From NCBI GenBank assembly GCA_038087875.1, contig CM075987.1, positions 5,828,001 to 5,892,000 on the forward strand: a stretch of DNA of 64,000 nt, read 5' to 3'. Shown piece by piece: positions 51,471 through 64,000 of the stretch (the first letter of the stretch is position 1; every line of letters begins with the position of its first letter). Under the pieces are notes generated by a model. That model ran no database searches. It saw only the letters and a program-made list of their open reading frames with translations, and was not told the origin of the DNA. This DNA comes from Malacoraja senta (taxonomy: Eukaryota). The position numbers were made by a program, and so were the translations under genes.

Positions 51471-53013
51471 CAGTGCCCTCCATAATATTTGGGACAAAGA
51501 CCCATCATTTATTTATATGCCTCTGTACTCCACAATTTGAGATTTGTAATAGAAAAAAAAATCACATTTGGTTAAAGTGCACATTGTCAGATTTTAATAA
51601 AGGCCATTTTTATACATTTTGGTTTCTCCATGTAGAAATTACAGCTGTGTTTATACATAGTCCCCCCCATTTCAGGGCACCATAATGTTTGGAACACATG
51701 GCTTCACAGGTGTTTGTAATTGCTCAGGTGTGTTTAAATGCCTCTTAATGCAGGTACAAAAGAGCTCTCAGCACCTAGTCTTTCCTCCAGTTTTTCCATC
51801 ACGTTTTGAAACTTTTATTGCTGTTTATCAACACGAGGACCAAAGTTGTGCCAATGAAAGTCAAAGAAGCCATTATGAGACTGAGAAACAAGAATAAAAC
51901 TGTTACAGACATCAGCCAAACCTCAGGCTTACCAAAAATCAACTGTTTGGAACATCATTAAGAAGAAAGAGACCACTGGTGAGCTTACCAATCACAAAGG
52001 GACTGGCAGGCCAAGGAAGACATCCACAGCTGATGACAGAAGAATTCTCTCTATAATAAAGAAAAATTCCCAAACACCTGTCCTACAGATCAGAAACACT
52101 CTTCAGGAGTCAGGTGTGGATTTGTCAATGGCCACTGTCCGCAGAAGACTTCATGAACAAATACAGAGGCAACACTGCAAGATGCAAACCGCTGGTTAGC
52201 TGCAAAAATAGGATGGCCAGGTTACAGTTTGCCAAGAAGTACTTAAAAGAGCAACCACAGTTCTGGAAGAAGATCTTGTGGACAGATGAGACGAAGATTA
52301 ACTTATATCAGAGTGACGGCATGAGCAAAGTATGGAGGAGAGAAGGAACTGCCCAAAGCATACCACCTCATCTGTGAAACACGGTGGTGAGGGTGTTATG
52401 GCCTTTGTCGTCATTGATGATACAACTGCTGATGGTAGTAGCATAATGAATTCTGAAGTGTATGATCAATGCAAGACAATGATCCCAAACATACTGTTAA
52501 AGCAACAAAAGAGTTTTTCAAAGTAAAAAAATGGTCAATTCTTGAGTGGCCAAGTCAATCACCCAATCTAGCATGCCTTTTATATGCTGAAGAGAAAACT
52601 GAAGGGGACGAGCCCCAAGAACAAGCATAAGCTAAAGATGGCTGCAATACAGGCCTGGCAGAGCATCACCAGAGAAGACACCCAGTAACTGGTGATGTCC
52701 ATGAATCGCAGACTTCAAGCAGTCATTGTATGCAAAAGATATGCAACAAAATACTAAACATGACTACTTTCATTTACATGGCATTGCTGTGTCCCAAACA
52801 TTATGGTGCCCCTAAAATGGAGGGGACAATGTATAAACACAGCTGTAATTTCTACATGGTGAAACCAAATGTATAAAAATGGCCCTTATTAAAATCTGAC
52901 AATGTGCACTTTAACCACATGTGATTTATTTCTATTACAAATCTCAAATTGTGGAGTACAGAGGCAAATAAATAAATGATGGGTCTTTGTCCCAAGCATT
53001 ATGGAGGGCACTG
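51471..53013 (+). mobile_element. Near full-length Tc1 transposon (IR/DR type)
   Basis: TIRs cagtgccctccataat.../...attatggagggcactg|TA (left flank reads CA); inner direct repeat cagggcaccataatgtttggaacac. Confidence 0.95.
51853..52756 (+). pseudogene. Tc1 transposase pseudogene (frameshifts and deletions)
   Basis: MKVKEAIMRL..STVWNIIKK..TGRPRKT (HTH and GRPR), [32 protein letters not shown]. Confidence 0.9.
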
Positions 53014-53634
53014 TATGTGTTGTTGATATTATTCATAAAAAGAATGCCCATTAACATAAATGTGCATTCACTTTTCCATTCAAAACTGCTTTGCCACATG
53101 CGTAAATGGAGCTTTCTGTGACACCTGCAGCAGCACATGTTTGGGGTGATCTTCCTATTGAAGTCTATGAATTCTGCAAGCAGCATGTGCAATGTAATTC
53201 CAGATGTTTCAAAATGCTCTAGCAGTCATCTGAGCAAACGAAGAAGAATCTTTAAACTTAATAGTTAAACATCTTAGTGTGTTTTAAATGGGTAATTACC
53301 CTACCCCCACCCCCCCAGCAGATTAACCTAAATTCATCTAGCTCAGGAAGAGCTGCCAGAATGTAGAAAGTTATGCCGGGAATTTCCTTTTCCTTTCCAT
53401 AAATCATGAAGCATTAACTCCAATCTCACAAAATGAGAAAATATGAAATATAATTAACAGAGGCCCCTAGCAGTTACAATCCTCTGGAAGCTTCATGGCA
53501 GTACATACAGACTTGAGGTTAGGAGCAAGAGTTTGGGTACTGGCTGATCTGATTGTGACTGCAACTCCTAATTTCTGTCTGCCCGTGGTTATGATTCATC
53601 TTCTTGCTTATCAATAACTTTCCACCCAAAATCA

Positions 53635-54045
53635 TAGTTATATGGTCATACAGTGTGGAAACAGGCCCTTCAACCCAACTTACACACACTGGCCAACATC
53701 CTCAGCCTACTCATCTGCCTACATTTGTCCCAAATCCCTCTAAACATGTGCTTGTCTATTTTTTTCTTAAACCTTTGAGAAAGATTTCCAAAGATTCATG
53801 ATCCTGATGAAAAAATATTTTGATTCACCAATGTCCTAAATGGACAAACCATTACTTTTAAACTGTGACTCTCAGTTCTCAATTGTCCCAAGAAACATCC
53901 TCATCATATTGATCTGTCAAGATCTTACACATTTGTATATTTAATTATTTTAAACTGTAGTGGATACAAGCCTATCCAAACTTTTCTCATATGACAAATT
54001 ATTTATTCCAAGTATCAATCTAACTGCTGACACTTCCAAATGCAT
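53635..54045 (-). mobile_element. Decayed CR1/HER1 3' fragment
   Basis: catacagtgtggaaacaggcccttcaaccc is the reverse of the tail; aaactgtgactctcagttct is a reverse TRGHS-like motif. Confidence 0.55.
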
Positions 54046-54404
54046 TAACGTCCTTCCTTAAATAACCAAGCCCATCTCATTGCACAATACAAGGTCTTGT
54101 ACAGCTTGCTCTCTGGTTGCTCGCAGAACTTGCTGCTCTGAAAACTCCTCATCTTGACTATCTTTATCCATCTACTCTTCCAAAGAAAAAGATGGGCAGC
54201 AGTGCAACATTGGAAAACATTGTGGTGAGTGGTGTAGGCACAAGGTTCATCAATGGAATTAAGATAACACGTGCTACACGAGAGTACAGTTGGAAAATTC
54301 CACTGGTGTTGTACCATCACCAGAGATAAGTATCTGCTGAACCACATGACCTTCCAAACTTGCCACGTTCTAATCGTAAACTCATGTTATCCACTTCAGA
54401 CAAC

Positions 54405-54583
54405 GGGCAGCACGGTGGCGCAGCGGTAAAGTTACTGTCTTACAGCGCCAGAGACCTGGGTTCGATCCTGATGACAGGTGCTGTCTGTATGGAGTTTGTA
54501 TGTTCTCCCCGTGACCTGCGTGGGTTTTCTCCATGAGCTCCGGTTTCCTCCCACGCTCAAACGACGTACAAGTTTGTAGATTA
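54405..54583 (+). mobile_element. HE1/V-SINE-like SINE, 3'-truncated
   Basis: A-box tggcgcagcgg, B-box ggttcgatcc, central domain. Confidence 0.85.
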
Positions 54584-55351
54584 AGCAATATGCAAATGGT
54601 TACTAAAAGTCTGATAATGTCAAAACAAAATTGCACAAAAGTCAAATATATGCAAATACAATCATTTGCATTATATTATTTAATTATTGGCAAATTTTTC
54701 AAAAACATTTTGTGTCAGGTTTAAAAAGAAATGTTTTCAATATAATCGAAAAAAATTATGATGAAGAATACTATTGAGTCATTGCATCCATGCTGGCTTA
54801 AAAGAGAACAATCCAAAGCATTTTAAAGTCCCAGCTCTCTGTCCATTATGCAGCCGCAGAGATCTTAAGCTTTCCAAATGCACTTTAATCAATGAAGAAC
54901 CTTCCATTGTACGTTATTAATGAGAAGGTGTAATAACAGTGCACCTTTATAATACCCTCACATCACCCACGTGATATCTCTTGGGTAACAGGATGGAAGC
55001 CAAAGAAACAACACTACATTACACTAATGGGGATAATCGGAAATATTTCAATATGTGCAGGAAGATAGAGTTTTTACGTCCTGCAAAAACGAAATAATTC
55101 CAGGAAATTCTTCCACTGGCATTCAAAGTTAAATTTGTTAATTAGACCCCAAATAGTTATGACAAAATCGTTGTAACACAGCAAATATGTCATCCTACTT
55201 GCATCTACACAGATTGTATATCCATACATTCTATTGCTCATTCTTTGATACAAAATCCATTCTGTAAGCAATACATCTGAGTTTTGTATAGCTTCTTTTT
55301 GTTCTAATTTGGGAAACTGAAATGAAAGAAATCTGTACGCACAGGTGGTAA

Positions 55352-55383
55352 GGGGGGGGGGTGGGGTGTGTGTGCGTGTGCGT

Positions 55384-55421
<38 letters not shown>
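55352..55421. repeat. Compound poly-G / (GTGTGC)n / (GT)n microsatellite
   Basis: Read directly from the sequence. Confidence 0.95.
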
Positions 55422-56173
55422 TGAACCAAGCATAAACCAAATAACTAACGTAATAAGATTTTGTCAGAACTCTCAGGATTATAAAGCAGTTCCAACAATA
55501 GGTATAGACCAAAATGTTTTGCTTTTTATTCCAAAATGATAACTAGCATGCTAAAAGTTATGTGACATTTGAAGATAAAATGGTACACAACTGCAATTTC
55601 AGGAGAATCAGGGGGATAGCTCCAAAGTGCAATATTTATACCACCATTTCACTCATTCACAATGAAGCTTCACGTTGGCTCACTTGTGAAAACTGGAGCC
55701 TTTTAGTTTACAGTAAGCACGGAACAATTAGATTTGGAACTGAACAATCATTGGCCCGAATCGTTCACTTGGTGCATCTCTCCATAAAGGGTGCCACACT
55801 TGCTCAGTATTTTCAGCATCTTCTATTTCCATCAAAATAAAATAATTAGGTTCATTGCTATGCCCTGTAGCCTAATGAAATAGAATTTGGTACATTATTC
55901 AGTAATGCATTTCATGGTATTCTAAAATGTTTCAGACACATAACGAAAACCAAACTTTTAAGTGTATAATGTTTCTGTGATGGAGAATATTTTCATTTGT
56001 CTGCCATTCGTGCAGAATGGGGAGGAGGGGAAAAGTGATTTGCACTGACCAAGAGATTATTTTTCAAGGGCTAAGCTGCAAATTGTCTAAGCTAAAACAA
56101 AGTTTTGAATGGATGCCTGGTCTTATCCTAGACTAGGGAAACTGTTTTACAAGTGACAGTATTTATGTCATGT

Positions 56174-56294
56174 TCAAGAAAGAACTGCAGATGCTGGAAA
56201 AATCGAAGGTAGACAAAAATACTGGAGAAACTCAGCGGGTGAGGCAGCATCTATGGAGCGAAGGAATAGGTGACGTTTCGGGTGGAGACCCTTC
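56174..56294 (-). mobile_element. Penelope-terminus unit with 12-bp TSD
   Basis: tttatgtcatgt at 56162-56173 and 56295-56306. Confidence 0.85.
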
Positions 56295-56564
56295 TTTATG
56301 TCATGTGTTGGTGTATAATGAGTATGGCTAAGAAACCTGAATGGGACTTTTATTGCCCTCTTGAAAATTACCTTAAACCACTAAAATGACCTTGATGTCC
56401 ACAACTGAAAATCACAATCAAATTCAAAATATTAAACGGAACTGAAAATAATGCATCATGTGGATTAAAACTATCTACATCACTTGTATCAACAATAATA
56501 TTTTAATAGAAGCTTAAAACAAGAGCACGAGAAAGGTTAACCTTTGAATACCTGCATTTACATA

Positions 56565-57345
56565 ATGCCCAAGACCGCAAGAAATTGCAGATGTGGCTGT
56601 AGCCCAGTCCAACATACAGACCCGACTCCCAACCATTGACTCCATCTACACTTCATGCTGCCTTGGAAATGCAGCCCACATAATCAAAGAGCTGCCCCAC
56701 CGTGGTCACTCCTCTTCTCCCCGCTCCCGTCAAGCAGCAGATACAGAAGCTTGAAAGCATGGACCATCAGACCCTGGAACAGCTTCTTCCCCTCTGTTAT
56801 CAGCGCAGAGAATCTAATTCACCTCTCGCCCATTGCAGACATTGGACTTTGTCTATGGAATTGGTACACTACAATAACTATATTCTGCTCTCTGTATCTT
56901 CCCCTTTTGCTCTATCTATTGTACTCGAGTTTGACTTGATTGTATGGATGTATAATATGATCTGATCTGATTGGATAGCACGTGCAAACAATGTTTTTCA
57001 CTGTACCTCAGTACACATGAGGCATAAGCTCAGGGGCGACCGTGCCTTTGTGGTTGCAGTCCCTAGACTGTGGCACAGCATCCCCTTTCCCATCAGAACT
57101 GCCCCCTCCATCGACTCTTTTAAGTCAAGACTAAAAACGTATCTATACTCCCAAGCCTTTCCTGACGTCCTCTGAGTGAGGGCTACATGTATATATGTAT
57201 GTAGTTTGTTTTGTTTATGCAATTCTTATAACAAATGTAAAGCACTTTGGCTAACGAGAGTTGTTTTTTAAATGTGCTATATAAATAAATGTGACTTGAC
57301 TTGACTTGACTTGTGACTTGACATGAGAATAATAAACCTAAACCC
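56565..57345 (+). mobile_element. Decayed Rex1/Babar fragment, same family as 2600-3055
   Basis: tgcccaagaccgcaagaaattgcaga is shared; peptide LFSPLPSSSRYRSLKAWTIRPWNSFFPSVI; tail aataaacctaaacc. Confidence 0.8.
57022..57320 (+). mobile_element. L2-clade LINE 3' end nested in the Rex tail
   Basis: KLRGDRAFVVAVPRLWHSIPFPIRTAPSIDSFKSRLKTYLYSQAF, (TGACT)n tail, 7-bp TSD acatgag (57015-57021, 57321-57327). Confidence 0.85.
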
Positions 57346-59486
57346 AAAGTTTGTTTGGAAGAATAACCACTGTTGTGGTGAAGAAATTGTGATATTTGAA
57401 TTTAAACCTTTGTCCAACGCAACTTCAACTGAAAATGTAACTCTATGCAGTTGCGAATTGTTAAAAAAAAAAATCAGGTTATTCTACCATATAAATGAAA
57501 GTATGGTTTTACTATTCAGTAGAAAGCGATTCTCAAGCTCTAGCAACTAAATATTTTGTCCATGAAATTAGGCATAAATAATCACCTGGCTAAAAAATGG
57601 TTAATTACATAATCATTGTTTTGTGGTTTCTTGACATTTTTGCTGAACAGTCATTTAAAATACTCAATGGCTAAGGTTTAATAACAGCTAATAATAATTT
57701 CTTAAAATCTTAACATTTTAAACCCTCTAATTTTCAATAAAATAAGATATATTAATTGTGTCCACAATATTTTAAAAACTCATTACAGGGCTGCAATATT
57801 TACTAAAACTGTCCTAGAATAGAGGGTGGATTTCCCATGACACAGGAGAAATAATAAGTTACTGCACTAGCACAATTTGATGTCATCATGTGAAAAGTCC
57901 CATTTCTGAAAACCTTCATTATTCTTCCTCCAGATTTCACCACCACCCTTCCAAAAATATTTAGCCAGTCGCAAAACACTCAGGGTTGGCTCACTCCTAT
58001 AATTGTTCAATGATGGATAGAAATGCAGAAGGGTGTCAGGTTTTATGCCTGGTCTGTGCAGAATTAGTTAATTTCAACAGGGAGCAGTGAAAATATTATA
58101 ATTGGTCCCTCTGTACACAAGCTGGAAAGGGAACAAGTTACCCATGACTCTAATCATTTGACCCTGCTGGAAACTGCATGCATGTGGAACATTAGGTGAA
58201 GACAGATAAGGCACGTTCAGATTTGATGCGACCTCAACATAGTTAAACAGACCACACAAACATTCTCACCCGACTGTGTGGAAGTGAGCATGGAGAGGTA
58301 ATGAGTTGGTTGAAAATTAACATTTATTTGACTCTGGTATTAACAAAATTTGACTCTGGTGGGGAAAATTATCCTTTAAACAGCTGTCAAAATCCTATAA
58401 TATTTTGTTTTTCTAAATAATCATCGAACAATTTTCTAGGTAGTTGCATCAATTGTTTAATTTTTTACAATATTGTAAAATATACCTACAAGGGAAAGAA
58501 AATTAATGTTATGGTCATCAGTAACAGTTTGACAGGCGAGCACAAATTAACTTATTTGGGTTCTCCACTGATGCAATACCGCACAAAACCTCATCTTTAA
58601 AAAAAACCAGGCTCAGAACAGCTGGCAACAAATGAACTCTGCTGCAGAGTGAAGCACCAGTTCCCAAACTGCCCCAAGCGTGGTTGTTTTGCCAAGGCAG
58701 TAAACAGCTTTTATCAGCAATAATGATGGCATAATCCCAGCTAAAGAGGAAAATAACATATGGCAGCAGCCTTCCAAATATGATCCCAACAAAGTAGGGG
58801 GCATTTTTATTACAACGTCCACTTGCAGAAAATCTGCCAGTTTTTTAACAGGTTATCATCTTCACTGTTTGAAGTGAATGCTGCACTTGGGAGTTTTAAT
58901 AATGAGTTCATTTTTTCTAAAGGGGTGAAAAGAGAATTCCCATCCCAGCAGCTTGAGCCAACATAAATAGCTTTTCTCATCGCCCAATGAAATCTGCAAT
59001 GTCACTTTTGATAAGGAGTGTTATGAAGGAGACATGCAATTTCTTCATTTTATGGAATGATTAGGATAAAACTTGCTTAATGAATAGGATGCGATGCTGG
59101 TAAATTACTGTATACAGTATTTAAGTTTGGTATAGGCAATACCCATTTCATCTGTAGCACAGAGGACTTGTTTATCACTGTGACAATGTACCACTGAATG
59201 CATTTCATAAAAGCACTCATGGTTGCTGCAAGAATCTATGTCCTATGACTACTGGCATTTAAAATTTATCATTTCAGCTTTAAAGCAATAAGCATTCAAA
59301 GTGGTTTCAGATTTGTTTTGAGAAATTACAGATCACACAACTGTAGAGTGACTTTTCAAAGCAGGGCGTGTGCCTGCTAAATAGATTAATACATTTTCAA
59401 CAGTTACACAACTTAATATACAACTTGTCCAACATGTGAACAAGTCCACTCTTGGTATAGTGTACACCAAGGAGTAGGATGTGGAG

Positions 59487-59709
59487 GATGTAGAAACAAG
59501 GAACTACAGATGTTGGTTTACGCAAAAGGACACAAAGTGCTGGAGTAACTCAGATCGTCAGGCAACATCCCTGGTGGATAGGTGGTATTTCGGGTCAGGA
59601 CCCTTCTTCAGTCCACCTGAAGAACAGTCTTGACCTGAAACGTCATCTATCCATGTTCTCCAGAGATGCTGCTTGACATCTTGAGTTACTCCATCACGTT
59701 GTGTCCTCC
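59487..59709. mobile_element. Penelope-terminus fold-back unit with 11-bp TSD
   Basis: aggatgtggag at 59476-59486 and 59710-59720; back-to-back cores cttcttcag...ctgaagaa. Confidence 0.85.
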
Positions 59710-59819
59710 AGGATGTGGAGAATACAAGTTCAGGGTATTAAGAAAGTGTTGTTGTTATATGTATTGGAATGCAGAAGGGTGGTTGAGAGCTGTCCTAGAA
59801 TGCTAGGGAAGGCAAAGAA

Positions 59820-61160
59820 GACCCCAATGGAGATTTTTACATGAGGAAGGTAGCTAATGTCCCCTTATTCAAAAAGAACAGCAGGGCAAGTCAGTCAAAT
59901 ACAGCCCCACGTGCTGTATGTATATGGCTGGAAAGTTGGGTGAGAAGACTCTAAAGGTTTGGATTTCTGTTCACTTGGAAAGGTAATGGCTAATTAGATA
60001 GTTTCTTTGGAGTAACTAAGGAAATTGATGAAGCCAATGAGGTAGACATGATTTATATGGACTCTGGTGCAGCTTTTGAGGGGGTCCCAAATGGTAGGTT
60101 AGTCAGAAGCTTAAAAACTGGATTCAAAAATGACTCTGTTGTAGGAGGCAGAGGGCGGTGGTCAATGTTGTTTTTTTTTGATTGGTGGTCTGTTACAAGT
60201 GGTGTGCTCCAATGATCAATGCTGGGACCTTTATTGTTTGTGATGTGAACACATGGATGAGAATGAGAATGTAGATGGTCTGATCAGTAAGTTTACAGGC
60301 AACACAAAATTTGGTGGGGTGGTAGAGACCAAAGAAAGTTGGCTCGGATACAGTAGCACATCAGCTGGACAGTTGGGCAGAGCAGTGTCAGATGGGATTT
60401 TAGCCAGACAACTGTGAGCCAATATACTACATGAAGTTAAATACTAGCAGGTCATGTAGGATAAATAGCAATGGTCTGAGGAGTATTTAGGTACAGCGGC
60501 ACTTTGGGATGCAAGTTCAGAGCTTGCTGAAAGTGGTGACACAGGTGTATAGAGAAGTGAAAAGACATTGGTATGCTTGCCTTCATCGGCCAAGTAATTA
60601 AATGTAAGAATTGAGAGGTCATGCTACGGTTGTAAAAATGTTGCTTAGATGGCACATAGAAGATTGTGTACAATTCTGATTCCTGCTATGCAGTAAGGAT
60701 CTGGTGGCAAGAGAGAGAGTGCAAAATAAATCACCAGGACGTTTGCTGGAATGGAGGGCTGTAGGATAAAGAGATTGGATAAGCTGGTTTTATTCTCACT
60801 GAAATGTAGGACTCTGGTGTGACCATATAGGAGGTTTATAAAATGATGAGGGGCATAGATAGGATAGATAATCAGAGTCCTTTTCTTGGGGTGTCTATAA
60901 CTAGAGAGTACGTTTAAAGTGAGAGGTTGTCTAAAGCTAGAGCAGGATATAGATCATAAGGAAAGTTGACTGGAGAGTTGGCAAATGGAATGAAGTACAG
61001 GGTGATGCATTTTGAGGTCAAATATAATAACAAATACAGTAATTGTTAAACACCATGGAATGTTAATGAATAGAAAGATCTTGGGGTCGAAGTTTATAGT
61101 TTCCTGAAAGCGGCAGAATTGGTCAGCGGGGTAATGAATAAGGCACCTCATGTCCTTGCC
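59820..61160 (+). mobile_element. Decayed CR1/HER1 reverse-transcriptase region
   Basis: Remnants of ANV.PLFKK, VD.IYMD..AF..VP, TSGVPQGS.LGP, ISKFADDTK and EVYKMMRGIDR. Confidence 0.8.
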
Positions 61161-62044
61161 ATCCCTTTTTGTCCAGTGTGGTACAAGTCTTGAACTCCAT
61201 GAATACAAATATGTGCTTTTATGATCATCATAATTCATTGCATGGGATTGTTAATTGTTAATGTGCTCTATATGTGATTCTGTTTAACATATGGAATAAT
61301 TAACAATATAAAACTTTAGATATCTATTCAGTCAGTAGTACAATACCAAAGCTGTAACATTATTCAATGATCTCTTCAAGGTTCAGAAGCAAAAGATTAA
61401 AGTTTTCCAGTTATTTGATATCATGTAGCAGAATAAAGTTGCCAATGAGGGGTCAGAAGAATGGCCTGTGTTAAGAGAACTACAACAGCCAGTGCATGTA
61501 TGCTGAAAATTGAAGTTTTTTATCACCAATGAAACCAAGACTTTGTGGAAGGTCAAAACTGAAATGGAAAGACTGGGTAGATTGAGCCAAAGAATCTGCA
61601 AGAATGAGTACAGATGACAACTGCTAGGGTGGGTGGGGGTGGGGAGGTGAAGAATGGCAAGCTCTTCTGACATCTATGGCAAACTTGATTATGATAACTG
61701 ACTGATTCTCAATGAGCACATTTTATGAGTTCATGCAAGATGAAGTCATGACCTCAATCATAGTGAAATACTCCATTTCAAGAGAAAGAGAAATGTAAAG
61801 TAGCCTGATATACCAGGAACCCTGTCTCCTGGTGACAACATAAAAGTGTTAAAGTGAGCAATACTGCAAGTCTCAGGCTCTTGCCCCAAATAATGAATTA
61901 TAAGATACTGGCTACACACAATAATTGAATGAGTTGGGAACTGGTTTCATGATGGCACATTGGTCTGAAAAATATCAGACAGAATGTATCTCGACTTTCC
62001 ATCAAAATCATCACTATTTAGGGGTTAATCAAGCAATGATTTGG

Positions 62045-62745
62045 ATGTTATTTTTCACTACTACTTTTAGTCTTTTTATGTGGGGGGTGGGGGGGGGAAA
62101 GGGGGAAACTATTTTCTCAGTACCTACCTGGTCGGAGTTGCGGCTTTTCTCCGAGCCGTATCTTCGCCCCTTCCTAGAGGCCTACGGGCAGACTGGAGCG
62201 GCGTTTTCCTGCCGGGACCGGCCAGGACTTCAGCTTCGGCGGCGGCACAGCACCAACATCGCGGAGCTGCGGTCTGTGGTCTGCGGTCTGCGGAGCTTCC
62301 AGCCGCGGGCGGCGCTGAGCTTTAAACACCGCGGAGCCTGGGATCTCACGACGAGGTCGCCAGAGTCGGAGCATCGACCAGCGCGGCTCGTGGACTTCGG
62401 GACCCGTGGTCTCCTGGGAGGTAGCGGCCGCTCCAGACACTCCGGGCCGCTGAGAGTGTTCACCCGACGCCGGAGCTTCATCATCCAGCGAGAGGGCCTG
62501 AGGCATCGGGCTGCCGTATCGGCGACTGCAGAGGCCTCAATAGGCCCCGACTATGGGTGAACTGGGGATGGGACTGGACTTTGCTGCCTTCCCCCACAGT
62601 GGGAACCATTGTGGGGGGATGTTTTTATGTTATTGTTAAATTCTTTAATGTTATCTTTATTTGTGTGCTGCATGGCAAGTCAAATTTCACTACACCAATT
62701 GGTGTATGTGACAATAAATGTTTATCTATCTATCTTATCTATCCT
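62045..62745 (+). mobile_element. GC/CpG-rich non-coding retroposon with Rex/Babar-like tail (copy 2)
   Basis: Homologous to 14705-15345; ends gtgacaataaatgtt followed by (TATC)n. Confidence 0.75.
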
Positions 62746-62809
62746 TTTGTGAATCATGCACAAGGACACCCAGATATCTCTGCATATTAGGGCTCTGCCT
62801 GATTTAATG

Positions 62810-63140
62810 TCAGCGATAGGGTGGATAGTCAGAAACCTTTCCCCATAATGTATAACATCGAAAATTAGAATGTATTGGCTTAATGTGAGGGTAAGAAGGT
62901 TAGAAGGGAACCGAGTAACACATTTCACCCAGACGTTGGTTGCAATTTGGAATGCACTGCCTGAGATGCAGGAGGCAGATACTCACGACATTTATAAAGT
63001 ATCTGGACGAGCACTTCAATCACCAAGGGATGGGAGGATATGGGGCCAAATGGTGGTAAATGGGATTAGCATAGTTTGGGTATTTGATAGTCAGCGCGGA
63101 CCAAAGGACCGAGTTCTATATTATATGACTCTATGGCATT
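62810..63140 (+). mobile_element. Decayed CR1/HER1 3' end
   Basis: Peptide HFTQTLVAIWNALP. Confidence 0.7.
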
Positions 63141-63196
63141 GCTAAGTTGCTAAGACCACATCTGAGACTTTAGGAGAGGGAGAGATTTAATTGAAA

Positions 63197-63875
63197 CTAG
63201 ACTAAGTGGGACCCGTTGGGTCTCTGTCACACAGGAGACCAGGTCCCACAACGCAACCCATTCCCCAAAGCAATATTACAACACTCACCCATAGCCCCCA
63301 ACTGCGCAGGCACGGCGCATTTCTCCTCATTCCCCCAGCACTCCCTCTCCCTCCTCTTCACCCTCCCTCTTCTTTCCCCTCTCCTCCTCAATCCCTCCCT
63401 CACCCTTCCCCAACCCTCAGTCACTCCCTCCCTCCCTCAACTCCTCTCCCCTCCCTACCCCCTCCTATCGCTCTATCCCCCACCTCCCCCACTCCTCACC
63501 ACCCCTATCCCCCCCACTCTCCCTCCTCACCTCCCCAAGATGTCAAGGGTGGTGCTTCGTTCCCTCCTTGCGTGCCCGGAGGAGCAGCAGTCGGCGGCCT
63601 CAGAGCCAGGCTCAGCGCCAGTAGACGCGCATGGGAACTCTCCCCCAACTGCGCATGCGCAGATGGGGGCTCTGTTTCAAGGGTTTTTTTAAGTTAACTT
63701 TTCAAATATAACATCGATCTGAACAAAACTTGATTCATTTACAGCACAGGACAATGGTGAGTAAGGTGGGCCAAAAATCGTAGCGCTATCATGTACCGTT
63801 TTTGCACAAATAGAGAAACAACGCAAACCTGCAGATAACAAGATGAGCGTTTTAGTTAAATATAATATAGCTAGA
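63197..63875 (-). mobile_element. Non-autonomous Helitron-like element related to 35389-36696
   Basis: Minus-strand 3' end gagacccaacgggtcccacttagtCTAG|T; 5' end tatattatatttaactaaaacgctcatcttg...gatttttggcccaccttactca is homologous to the 35389 start. Confidence 0.78.
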
Positions 63876-63943
63876 CATTGAAGGTCCTTAAGGAGTCTTG
63901 ACAGGATGGACGTGGAGAAGAGGTTTCCTCCTAAGGCTTTCCA

Positions 63944-63992
63944 TTTAGTTCAGTTTAGTTTAGGACAGCATGGAAACAGGCCCTTCAGCCCA
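63944..63992 (-). mobile_element. HE1/HER1 3' tail fragment
   Basis: tttagttcagtttagtttaggacagcatggaaacaggcccttcagccc. Confidence 0.65.
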
Positions 63993-64000
63993 AAAATACA

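Noticed and set aside
54405-54480. tRNA gene
   Set aside because: A and B boxes belong to a SINE head; no complete cloverleaf, and the sequence continues into the SINE body.
55074-55539. His/Thr- and Val/Cys-rich ORFs
   Set aside because: Translations of the (GT)n microsatellite.
61925-63697. Long GC-rich and Pro-rich ORFs (61925-62560, 63206-63697) and a CpG-island promoter call
   Set aside because: They lie within repeat copies; stop-poor composition explains the ORFs and no protein family is recognisable.

Overview
Vertebrate, AT-rich genomic DNA. The repeat content (HE1/V-SINE-like SINEs, HER1/CR1 LINEs, abundant Penelope termini) points to a cartilaginous fish, probably a skate or ray (inference). 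The only host coding sequence is one 245-bp internal exon on the minus strand (1245-1489) encoding part of the PBC domain of a PBX TALE-homeodomain protein, most likely PBX1 exon 3. I found no preceding exon, so 1490-64000 appears to be part of the very large upstream intron. That intron holds decayed CR1, Rex1/Babar, L2 and Penelope retroelements, two Tc1 (IR/DR type) transposons, three related non-autonomous Helitron-like elements, SINEs and candidate conserved enhancers. The most notable signal is a family of short (about 90-230 bp) Penelope-terminus units. They insert with 11-14 bp target-site duplications, often as fold-back hairpins, and carry minimal hammerhead-ribozyme cores, some intact and in the sense orientation of the PBX pre-mRNA. 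All family names come from motif recognition by eye, not database searches, and the boundaries of decayed repeats are approximate.
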